Of a stretch of DNA of 57,795 nt, positions 27,724 through 36,117 are shown piece by piece. The stretch lies in the IMG/VR virus record IMGVR_UViG_3300037827_000133, positions 1 to 57,795 of that record. One strand, given 5' to 3'. The position numbers were made by a program, and so were the translations under genes. The notes beneath the pieces were generated by a model. It was not told where the DNA came from, did not search any database, and worked only from the letters and a program-made list of their open reading frames with translations. This stretch comes from a virus. Within the stretch, counting starts at the first letter, position 1; every line of letters begins with the position of its first letter.

Positions 27724-28061
27724 CCACCGTATTAGGACCACCGACCAAATGGTCGGGATTCACCACCAACGACGTCAAGAGCGCGGATGAGTTCGCGGCC
27801 AAGCTGAGCGATCTCTACGCGCTAGGGTATACTGGGCCGGTCGTCGTAGTCACGGCTACGTCTCACAGTGGGCAGTGGGTCGCGGTAGCGGGGTACGACA
27901 AGGGACCGGTGCCGGTTCCAGTGCCAGTACCCGTCGGCGCGCATGCACCCATGCCCACCCATGCCGTGCCGCAATCGCAACCGAGTACGGGATGGCGCAA
28001 GAAACGCTGGGCTGGTCAGAATCCAACTCCAGCCTCGCACAGCATCGGAGGTGTCAAGTGA
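27720..28061 (+). CDS. Hypothetical protein with (PV)n tract, 113 aa
   Basis: ATGA overlap at 27720. Confidence 0.5.
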   Translation: MTTVLGPPTKWSGFTTNDVKSADEFAAKLSDLYALGYTGPVVVVTATSHSGQWVAVAGYDKGPVPVPVPVPVGAHAPMPTHAVPQSQPSTGWRKKRWAGQNPTPASHSIGGVK

Positions 28062-28639
28062 AGTTCAATCGCAACGTATTCTGGAAGCTGATCAGCATCT
28101 TCGCGGTCATGGACCTCTGCTGGCTGATGGCTGGCTGCGGCGACTGGGAAAATACTGCGTCACAGATCATCACTCTGCTCGGGCCAGCGCTGCAGGCTCT
28201 GGTGGCTATCCTCGCCGCGTTCGGCGTTGGCGTATCGGCCAGCGTGGTCGCGCAATTCAACTCCTGGGCGCAGCAGGCCCAGACATCCCTTGTCACGATC
28301 AAGGCGCTGATCGACTCCTACAAGACGGCAGCAGCGACCGCACAGCCCGGCATCCTGAACGAGATCCAGGCGGGCCTGACCGCGCTAACCAGCCAACTCG
28401 TGCCAATCATGTCCGAGTTGCATATCACCGATCCCGCGTCGCAGGCCAAGTTCGCGGCTGGCGTAGCAGCGGTGACGGCGTTCATCACGTCGCTGATCAC
28501 GCTGATTCCTTCTATATCCTCGGCCGTTACGCTCGAAGCCGAGAAGAAACTGGCGGATAAGGCGATGGAGAGCACTGGCCAATTCAAGTCCAACTTCAAT
28601 GGAGCGGTCAGTTACTTCGGAAACGAATACTGTATTTAG
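28058..28639 (+). CDS. Lipoprotein (193 aa, helical)
   Basis: GTGA overlap. MKFNRNVFWKLISIFAVMDLCWLMAGC has a canonical lipobox L-M-A-G-C. Confidence 0.65.
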   Translation: MKFNRNVFWKLISIFAVMDLCWLMAGCGDWENTASQIITLLGPALQALVAILAAFGVGVSASVVAQFNSWAQQAQTSLVTIKALIDSYKTAAATAQPGILNEIQAGLTALTSQLVPIMSELHITDPASQAKFAAGVAAVTAFITSLITLIPSISSAVTLEAEKKLADKAMESTGQFKSNFNGAVSYFGNEYCI

Positions 28640-28647
28640 GGTGAGAG

Positions 28648-29997
28648 ATGTCCGCAAGCACGATAGCCTTCTGTACGACGTGCAAGGGCCGCACCATGCA
28701 CGTCGCGCAGACGCTCCCAGCCAACATCCGAGACAACTCGGATGCTCGATTCGTGCTGATGAACTACAACTCCCCGGACGGATTGCTGGACTACGTCGTC
28801 ACCAACCACCACGCGGATATCCGTAGCGGCAAGCTGGTCGTGTATACGTTCGTAGCGGATGGTCCGTTCCACATGACCCACGCCAAGAACCTTGCTGCCA
28901 GGGCGGCGATCCGCGAGGGAGCGGGCGTCCTCGTCACGCTCGACGCCGACAACTTCACCGGGCCGTGCTTCGACCGCTTCGTGGCGGATAGGATGCAGGA
29001 GCCGGGAGTGTTCCTCCGCCCCGACTTCGAGACTATACGGAAGAGGCCGAATCGCCCCCAGCGTGGATTCGCCGGGAGGCTGGCGGTGCGGGCGCAGGAC
29101 TTCATCAAGGCTGGGGGGTATAACGAAGCCTTCGACACTTGGGGCGGCGAGGACGCGGACTTCAACGAGCGCATGGGCCGGATGGGCTATACGTCCCGGT
29201 TCATCGACACCCGCTACCTGAGTGCGATCCCACACAACGCCGAAGTTCGGTTCAGGGAGTATCCGCACGCGCGGCAGCACGAGGTAGACGAGAGTTGGCG
29301 ACTCGCGGTCCAACGCTATGATACGGTCGTCAACTGGGGACGGTTCGGCGTCGGCACGGTATACCGGAATGGCGATCCGACGCCGATCACGCTGGCTCCT
29401 ATCCCTACGCGCGTCTTCGGCATTGGCCTCCACAAGACGGCCACGACGTCGCTGCATCGGGCGTTCCAGCTCCTCGGCTTCGATAGCCTGCACTGGGGTA
29501 GCGGCGAGGCACCGGTGATCTGGGAGGAAGTGAATTGCGCCGGGCGGTCAAAGACGCTGGAGCGGTTCTACGCCGCATGCGATCTACCGATTCCACTGCT
29601 GTATCGCCAACTCGATCGCGCCTACCCTGGATCGAAGTTCGTGCTCACGGTACGCGCCGAGGCGGAATGGTTGCGTAGCGTCGAGCGGTTGTGGGACGCA
29701 CGGTACAACGCTACCCGCTGGGAGTGGGACGTGTGGCCGATCTCGAACCGGCTGCATCAGACGCTCTACGGACGCACCGACTTCGACGCTACGACGATGC
29801 TCGAACGGTACCGGAGGCACAACGCCGAGGTGCGGGACTACTTCCGCGGCCGACCGGAGGACTTGCTCGTGCTCGACATGAGCGCCGGCGCGGGATGGCC
29901 AGAACTATGTGGCTTTCTGGGATCGCCAGTGCCGCTGGTCCCCTACCCACGAGAATACGCTACGAAACTACAGGAGGGTATCCGATGCTCGACGTAA
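28648..29997 (+). CDS. Bifunctional GT-A glycosyltransferase (N-terminal) :: sulfotransferase (C-terminal) fusion
   Basis: N-terminal: LDADNF (DxD) and GGYNEAFDTWGGEDADFNERM. C-terminal: GLHKTATTSL (5'-PSB-like) and VLTVRAEAEWLRS (3'-PB-like). Confidence 0.65.
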   Translation: MSASTIAFCTTCKGRTMHVAQTLPANIRDNSDARFVLMNYNSPDGLLDYVVTNHHADIRSGKLVVYTFVADGPFHMTHAKNLAARAAIREGAGVLVTLDADNFTGPCFDRFVADRMQEPGVFLRPDFETIRKRPNRPQRGFAGRLAVRAQDFIKAGGYNEAFDTWGGEDADFNERMGRMGYTSRFIDTRYLSAIPHNAEVRFREYPHARQHEVDESWRLAVQRYDTVVNWGRFGVGTVYRNGDPTPITLAPIPTRVFGIGLHKTATTSLHRAFQLLGFDSLHWGSGEAPVIWEEVNCAGRSKTLERFYAACDLPIPLLYRQLDRAYPGSKFVLTVRAEAEWLRSVERLWDARYNATRWEWDVWPISNRLHQTLYGRTDFDATTMLERYRRHNAEVRDYFRGRPEDLLVLDMSAGAGWPELCGFLGSPVPLVPYPREYATKLQEGIRCST

Positions 29998-30794
29998 CGA
30001 AGGTTAAGCTGGGAAAGCTGCCACCACGGATAGACGACAGGACGCTACGGTTCGCCCGGTACGCCGGAGCGCTCCCACTGCCGCCACCGGCGTGCGACTT
30101 CAGCAAGGGCGTCACTGCTTGGGGCATGATGAACAATGACGTCCTCGGCTGCTGCGTGTGTGCGATGAACGGCCACGGCGCGCAAGTGGCCACGCTGAAC
30201 TCCGAAGAGGGAGAGATCACCGCGCCCGACCCGCTCATCCTCTCACTGTACGAGATCGCCTGCGGGTACCAGCCGAAGGACGCCAACACGGACCAGGGCT
30301 GCGTCATCGTGGACGTCCTCAACTACGTCCGCCAGCATGCGCCGTGGGCCAAGAAGAGACGGTTCGACGAGAAGGGGCATAAGCATCCGTATCAATTGAT
30401 GGCGTATGCGGACCCGGATCCCGCCAACATCGTCCACGTGCAGCAGGCGATCTACCTGTTCCAGACGGTCGGCATCGGGCTGCAGTTGCCGATCACCGCG
30501 CAGAATCAGACCGGGCCGAATACGCCGTGGGACGTCGTGGGCGATCCGAACTCCGATCCTAATTCGCAGCCGGGGAGCTGGGGAGGGCACGCGGTCGTGG
30601 TCATCGGGTATAACGCTACCGGATTCCTGTGTATCACATGGGGAGCGCTCCAGTGGATGACGACGGCCTTCTGGAACGCCTACGTGGACGAGGCGCATGC
30701 GCTGCTCTACCGGTCCCGCGCGGCGCAGCTCGGAGCGGAGATGCCAGCCATGCTGACGGCGCTGGAGTCCGACTTGGCACTAGTGACAGGGTGA
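29985..30794 (+). CDS. Papain-like (C1-type) cysteine peptidase candidate
   Basis: AGGAGGG RBS. LGCCVCAMNGHG (Cys) ... WGGHAVVVIGYN (His) ... ITWGALQW, with papain-like spacing. Confidence 0.5.
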   Translation: MLDVTKVKLGKLPPRIDDRTLRFARYAGALPLPPPACDFSKGVTAWGMMNNDVLGCCVCAMNGHGAQVATLNSEEGEITAPDPLILSLYEIACGYQPKDANTDQGCVIVDVLNYVRQHAPWAKKRRFDEKGHKHPYQLMAYADPDPANIVHVQQAIYLFQTVGIGLQLPITAQNQTGPNTPWDVVGDPNSDPNSQPGSWGGHAVVVIGYNATGFLCITWGALQWMTTAFWNAYVDEAHALLYRSRAAQLGAEMPAMLTALESDLALVTG

Positions 30795-33532
30795 AGCGGA
30801 TACTCTTCCATCTCCGCCCAGTTCGGTCCGTAGTTGCACTCGGCGTCGATCCACAGTCCGTCCGGCGCTATCGTGGGGTGCCGTAGAACCTCCGAAGGCC
30901 GCACGAGGAGGGGATATACCTCACGGACGTGCTCACCAAGTAAGGCTGCTGGGAAGTGGAAGACGAGAGAATCATGTACGTTGTTACAGAGTCCGTATTT
31001 GGCGTCGAGGCCAGCCCTTGCCAGTAGTTTGATGTGCTCTCGTATGTAGCCAAATGCAATGTTAGAGAGGTGATAGGAGATGGCCTCCTCCGCCTGATCC
31101 CCATGGCCGTAAGCAGCCTTTTTATAATCCCACCGGAAGACTTCATAGAACCTCCGCATGTGGCCGTACTGCGTTCGCTGATACTGTTGCTCGTGTGCTA
31201 ACTTCTGTACCTTGTCGTGCCATGCGAAGACACGCGGGAAGAGAGCGTAGATGACGTCGAGGAACGACTGGGCTTCCTTGATCCCGCTGAAATCCTCCAT
31301 GTGCTTCTCGTACAGCCCCTTCGCCTTGAGCCCGTTGCCGATTCCGAGGATGGCGTGCTTCATGCGGGCGTCGCGGATATGGCGCCACTCGGGATTGGAT
31401 TTTAGCCATTGGCACTTGTCACGAATATATCCGTCGTCGTGATCTCGTAATAGCTCCAGCGCGTGCCAGAGGCCCAGCTTGTGTCCGGTGACGATGGAAT
31501 GCATGTCAATACGGGCACACCGTATGTAATTTGCATCCTCCGCCAGGAATCCGAGGGTGAGGACATGACAAGACTTATAATCCCACTCCGTGAGTACATA
31601 CCCCTCCTTCGCTGCGATCATGCGACGGACAGCTTTAGCTAACCTACCGTGCTTTGGAAAATTCTGGATGTTTGGCAGTCTAGAACTTAGCTGACCAATC
31701 CCAGTGTCGAAGGTGAACGTCGTGTGGACGCAGCCGTCGGCGTGCGGCACGAACCCGTTGATATACGTCCCTCGCATCTTCCCTAGCTCGCGGTACTCGA
31801 TCACGCGGAGGTAGAAGTCGTCGCCGCTGCGATGAGCCAGCCTCACGAGTTCCTTCTTGTTCGTCGTATCCTTGTCGTTGCCCTCGTCGTCCTGCTCGCG
31901 GGACTTAGGCACCTTGTGACCCTTGGCCTTCATGTACCGGATGAGTTGCTTCCCCGAGTTCGGGAGGAACGGTTCGAGTCGGCACCAGCGCTCCACCTGA
32001 ATCGTGGTGGGATTTCCCTGTTCGTCGCTACCAGTATCGCTAAAAGTATGTTGTACAAGTCCATCCATACACTTTGGCACTTTCTTATAGCCCAGCTTCG
32101 GATGAATCGAACGTGCTTCATCAGGGAACCTCCTATCGAGATCACTGCCGAGTTCCTGTTGCGCCAAGTCGAACTCCCCATCCAGCTTCAGCCGCTCGGC
32201 GTCGTCCACGGGGAGGCCGCGGCGCTCCATAGCGGCGAGGATCGACCGGACCTGCTGAACCTGCCCGACGTACCCGCCGACGCAATCGCCATGGGCGTCA
32301 TACGGAGAGTCGTAGATCCCGTCGCGGCGGAGTTGCTGGTCGAGGAACGTATACAGTCGTAGCGTAGCGTCCACGTCCACGCTGCCGTAGAACTCCAGGT
32401 TCGTCGCCGCCAGGTGCTTCCACGGGAACGGGAACTGGACGAACTGCGCGCAGAACTGGAGGTGCGCCGGGAGGTCCGGCTGCCAGTGGTGGAACATCTG
32501 CAGAGTGTCGTGGATCGTCCCGCGAGGGCGGAGGTCTAGCCCTTCCCGCGCCCCCGCCGCTTCGAGGACTTTGTTGTCGAAGAGCCAGAGGTTGTGGCCA
32601 CATTTGACGTTGGGGGATCGTAAGATAGTTCCAGCCAACTCACGATATTCTCCATCCCACGGGAAAGCGATTCCTCCGCCTTCGTCAACAGAGAACTGGA
32701 TGAGACGGATTTGGGTATCTGTAAATCCGTCCCTAGCGTCTTCATCGAGTGATGCAGACTCGAAAGTCTCGATATCGTAGCTGACAACGAGCGCGCCATT
32801 GCCACTAATTCGGCATGCGAACGATCTTGCTTCATCAAGGCCAGGATGTAGCGAATATCTGAGCTGTCCATACGTCTCACTCCTCTCAGGGTCGATGCCC
32901 CACTGCCACGAACGGTCCCGGCCTGCGGCAACGTTGACCGCGCGCTGGAGGTTGCGGGCGAATATCCCTTGTAGATGCGCCGCGCCACGGCGGATGAAGG
33001 ACGGGTGGAACGCGGGAATGACGGGCACGCCCTCCGAATCGAACGGAGACGGAGGCTGGCCAGCCTCAACCGGAACGCCAGTTCGCGGCCCACGTAGCAC
33101 GTATCCGCAGAGGTGAGATACGCCTCTGGCCTCTCCCGCCTCCCCTGTCAGTTCCCGCGTAGCCGTATCACCCAGCGCCAGGATCGCGCGCGGTCGGCGC
33201 TCGCGTATCGCGGCGTCAAGGTTGGGACGGCAGTGTGTCAAAGCTGAGAACTCCCACGGCGCACCACTGAGCCAGTTGCGGGCGGGACGACAGCGAAGTG
33301 TATTCGTCAACGCGAACTGTTGACGGTTATAACCCATACGTCTGAACGTACGCTCTAGGAGTGAGCCAGCCGGGGCGTATGGACGCAGAGGGAGCTGGTC
33401 ACGTGCTTCTAGTTCACCGGAGGCCTCGGCAACTATGGCCACCCCAAGCGAGCCAGTTCCCTCGACAACAGAGAAGTCGGTGCCCATCGAATGACATGGA
33501 CACCCTACACAACTCTGTGGCTTTTGTCTCAC
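30707..33532 (-). CDS. Family A DNA polymerase with N-terminal UDG family-4-like domain and 3'-5' exonuclease domain
   Basis: CVGCPC..AEASGELEA..PAGSLL (UDG4-like). YDIETFE (ExoI). DYKSCHVL (motif A). RDARMKHAILGIGNG (motif B). NVHDSLVF (motif C). Confidence 0.9.
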   Translation of the reverse strand: MRQKPQSCVGCPCHSMGTDFSVVEGTGSLGVAIVAEASGELEARDQLPLRPYAPAGSLLERTFRRMGYNRQQFALTNTLRCRPARNWLSGAPWEFSALTHCRPNLDAAIRERRPRAILALGDTATRELTGEAGEARGVSHLCGYVLRGPRTGVPVEAGQPPSPFDSEGVPVIPAFHPSFIRRGAAHLQGIFARNLQRAVNVAAGRDRSWQWGIDPERSETYGQLRYSLHPGLDEARSFACRISGNGALVVSYDIETFESASLDEDARDGFTDTQIRLIQFSVDEGGGIAFPWDGEYRELAGTILRSPNVKCGHNLWLFDNKVLEAAGAREGLDLRPRGTIHDTLQMFHHWQPDLPAHLQFCAQFVQFPFPWKHLAATNLEFYGSVDVDATLRLYTFLDQQLRRDGIYDSPYDAHGDCVGGYVGQVQQVRSILAAMERRGLPVDDAERLKLDGEFDLAQQELGSDLDRRFPDEARSIHPKLGYKKVPKCMDGLVQHTFSDTGSDEQGNPTTIQVERWCRLEPFLPNSGKQLIRYMKAKGHKVPKSREQDDEGNDKDTTNKKELVRLAHRSGDDFYLRVIEYRELGKMRGTYINGFVPHADGCVHTTFTFDTGIGQLSSRLPNIQNFPKHGRLAKAVRRMIAAKEGYVLTEWDYKSCHVLTLGFLAEDANYIRCARIDMHSIVTGHKLGLWHALELLRDHDDGYIRDKCQWLKSNPEWRHIRDARMKHAILGIGNGLKAKGLYEKHMEDFSGIKEAQSFLDVIYALFPRVFAWHDKVQKLAHEQQYQRTQYGHMRRFYEVFRWDYKKAAYGHGDQAEEAISYHLSNIAFGYIREHIKLLARAGLDAKYGLCNNVHDSLVFHFPAALLGEHVREVYPLLVRPSEVLRHPTIAPDGLWIDAECNYGPNWAEMEEYPLHPVTSAKSDSSAVSMAGISAPSCAARDR

Positions 33533-33762
33533 AGTTTGAGCGTTCCCTTTTCTAGCGCGTCTACCAACGTCTGCGCGAGCTTAATACGACTATGGATGCT
33601 ATCAATCTCCCGTGCGGTATCTAGTTCCACACGTCGGATATCTTGCTTTAGTCGTTTAATAAGGTTGCGCTTACCCTTCAACATCTTCTCTGCCGCGTTT
33701 AGTGTCGTCATCGTACTCTCCTCCCTACAACCAAGGTCGCAACTAGAGGGCTTTTGGCGCAT
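33529..33762 (-). CDS. Small coiled-coil protein (start at 33762 or ATG 33711)
   Basis: Track ORF. Its first codons MRQKPSSC..GC duplicate the polymerase N-terminus MRQKPQSC.GC. Confidence 0.5.
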   Translation of the reverse strand: MRQKPSSCDLGCREESTMTTLNAAEKMLKGKRNLIKRLKQDIRRVELDTAREIDSIHSRIKLAQTLVDALEKGTLKL

Positions 33763-34580
33763 CAGTCCTCTTCTCCGTCAAAGCAAGCGCAGTCAGTGTC
33801 CATCGTATTCTCGCGCATCTCACAACGCTTTGCTGCGTCTGCTTTGACCAGTTCTTCCCAACTCCAGTGCCGCCCAAGGCCCTTAATTACCTCACATTTT
33901 CCTCCAGCCAAAGCTCTCCGTTCCATTGCGACCGCACGCGCAAACAAGTCAGGATGCTCCTCAGATAGTTTGATCACTTCAGGCTTCCGCATAGACGGAC
34001 AGAAGAAACACGCAGACTTGCCGGGCTGTGGTAATCCAGCAGACTGGATCGCCTCTACACATTCCTCGCGGCCCCATCCCCACTCAATCAGCGGATACCA
34101 GAAGTCGTATTTCTCGTTGGCATAAACCTTAGCCCGTTGCGGCTCTCCCGCGTCGTAGCCAATCACTTGAAGCACCTTCTTACCTTGCGCCCACGCGGTT
34201 CGAGCAGGCTCCCAATGATTGAGGAACTTCTGCTGCGGTTCTATCTTATAGCGCTGTGAACAAGACTTATAGCCAAATGCCTTGCTGGGAAGATTCTCAA
34301 GGCGTAGACACATTCCCTCTAAGCCCTCAAATCCTCTCTCTGGTCTTGGACTCTCCGCTCGTACTGTAGTGATTGCAGGTAGACCATGTGCTACACACCA
34401 GTCCGACAGTACCTCTACGAACTTATAGGTCTCTGGTTTCTCTCCCTTAGTGTCACTAAAGGTTATTAGGTCCACACGCTGCCCACGACGAGCAAACTCA
34501 ACTATAAGGCCACCAGAGTTGGTTCCTCCCCCACAAGCAAGGCTAATAGGGCCATCGTACTCATATACCTCTACTCTCAT
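33762..34580 (-). CDS. PAPS reductase-like PP-loop enzyme
   Basis: ACGGGTNSGG PP-loop-like motif. C-terminal Cys cluster (CFFCP, CACF). ATGA overlap with the helicase stop (the track starts at GTG 34586). Confidence 0.7.
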   Translation of the reverse strand: MRVEVYEYDGPISLACGGGTNSGGLIVEFARRGQRVDLITFSDTKGEKPETYKFVEVLSDWCVAHGLPAITTVRAESPRPERGFEGLEGMCLRLENLPSKAFGYKSCSQRYKIEPQQKFLNHWEPARTAWAQGKKVLQVIGYDAGEPQRAKVYANEKYDFWYPLIEWGWGREECVEAIQSAGLPQPGKSACFFCPSMRKPEVIKLSEEHPDLFARAVAMERRALAGGKCEVIKGLGRHWSWEELVKADAAKRCEMRENTMDTDCACFDGEED

Positions 34581-35899
34581 AACCACGGCCTCACTCGCTC
34601 ATCCACCTTGCACTGCGTCACGAACCTTTCTCGCTGTCCTACTATCCGTAGTCCCTCTAGCGTCCGGCACCGCGACATTGCTACGTAGAGCATCGCCGGA
34701 GCCGAGAAGAAGTGATCCCGGATGTCAATCTGGCAACGGTCCAGCGAGATCCCTTGCGACTTGTGCACCGTAGACGCATACGCCAGCCGCACCGGCCACA
34801 TCTCACACTGCCCCTCGACGAAGCGCTTCTTATCCGGCATCCAATGCGGATACGGCAGCCACTCCCCGTGTCCGTTGGCGTGCGACCCTCCCCAGCCATC
34901 CGGCTTGTCCTTGCGACCGACGTCGCGGACTACTCTTCCGACATCGACGTCGCAATCGGTTCGAACCAGTCGAACGCAAAGGCCAGAACGCCCAGCACCG
35001 CCCCCAACAATATGCCCGCAATCACCATTTGCGTATACCATCCGACCTTCTTCATCGTAGCTGTTACTGAGTAGCATGACATACGCGCCCTCCTTCAACG
35101 TTATACGGTCCGGCACCTGCTTCCACTCGCCGCGCTGCTTGCCCCATCGGCGATTGGTGAGCGTGAACGTCGGGCCGGGGAGGCGATCCAGTGCCATCCC
35201 GTTATACCGGTCCACCTGATCATTCTTGGAGACGATCGTCGTACCGTCATACGTGATGTCGAGGGCGGAGTGCCATTCCAGCCCCTCCGCCGTCAACACG
35301 TCCGCCGAGGCAGCCCCCTCGCCACCGCGTGCGAAATTCAGCGCCGTCAGGAACGGTCCCGCGTCCTGGCGCCATACCTTGGTCAGTCGGGTAGTGTTGG
35401 CGTCGAAGCGGTGCCACTCGTCCGACTCGAAGGCCCACTTCGCCTTGACCGGCGGCAACTGACAGTAATCGCCAGTTAACATGATGCCAAGTGGCGGCAT
35501 GTGCTTCGGCGACAGGAACGAATTGCACTCCAGCGCCGCGCGGACGAGGATGCCCAGTTGGTCGCCGTCCATCATCGACACCTCGTCGATTACCAAGCGG
35601 CAGTAGTCCTCGCGGATATCTTTTAACCGTCGGACTAGGGATCCGTTAAGGTAGGCGTCGCGTAGACTCGCAGTATCGAAGTAGCGAAGACAGCTATTAA
35701 TAGTGGTTGTGCCAAGGTTGATCGCGCTGATTCCGGTAGTTGAGCAGATGAGGCCCCACGAGGGATCAGCGGCGGCGTGTTCGCGACACAAGTACGACTT
35801 GCCACTACCGGCCACGCCTGTGAGGAATTCGCATGGGACAGTAGGCCCCACCGGTGTCGCCTCTTCCACGTCCATCGCCACTTCTTGATCGTCGGTCAT
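34577..35899 (-). CDS. SF1B helicase (PIF1/RecD/Dda-like)
   Basis: GVAGSGKS (Walker A), VIDEVSMM (Walker B), TVHKSQG. Start taken at ATG 35899 (ATGA overlap) rather than 36106. Confidence 0.85.
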   Translation of the reverse strand: MTDDQEVAMDVEEATPVGPTVPCEFLTGVAGSGKSYLCREHAAADPSWGLICSTTGISAINLGTTTINSCLRYFDTASLRDAYLNGSLVRRLKDIREDYCRLVIDEVSMMDGDQLGILVRAALECNSFLSPKHMPPLGIMLTGDYCQLPPVKAKWAFESDEWHRFDANTTRLTKVWRQDAGPFLTALNFARGGEGAASADVLTAEGLEWHSALDITYDGTTIVSKNDQVDRYNGMALDRLPGPTFTLTNRRWGKQRGEWKQVPDRITLKEGAYVMLLSNSYDEEGRMVYANGDCGHIVGGGAGRSGLCVRLVRTDCDVDVGRVVRDVGRKDKPDGWGGSHANGHGEWLPYPHWMPDKKRFVEGQCEMWPVRLAYASTVHKSQGISLDRCQIDIRDHFFSAPAMLYVAMSRCRTLEGLRIVGQRERFVTQCKVDERVRPWL

Positions 35900-36117
35900 C
35901 TCGAGAACCGCCTCTGCAACTTGATATTCTTGCTGTAGCGTATACGACAATCCATACAGCGGCGGAACTTCGTGATAGGGTTCCTGCCACACTTGACGCA
36001 CAGGCCAGCCAGAAGCCGAGCGTAGTACTTCATCTGCTCGTGGAGGTTTTCGTGCTCGCGGTTGTGCTTCACGCCTAGAATCCCTGATCCCGCCAGACGC
36101 TGCCACACGATTGACAC
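35896..36117 (-). CDS. Small Zn-ribbon protein (start uncertain, possibly ATG 36033)
   Basis: CVKCG..(11)..CMDC. Stop overlaps the helicase ATG. Confidence 0.45.
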   Translation of the reverse strand: MSIVWQRLAGSGILGVKHNREHENLHEQMKYYARLLAGLCVKCGRNPITKFRRCMDCRIRYSKNIKLQRRFSR

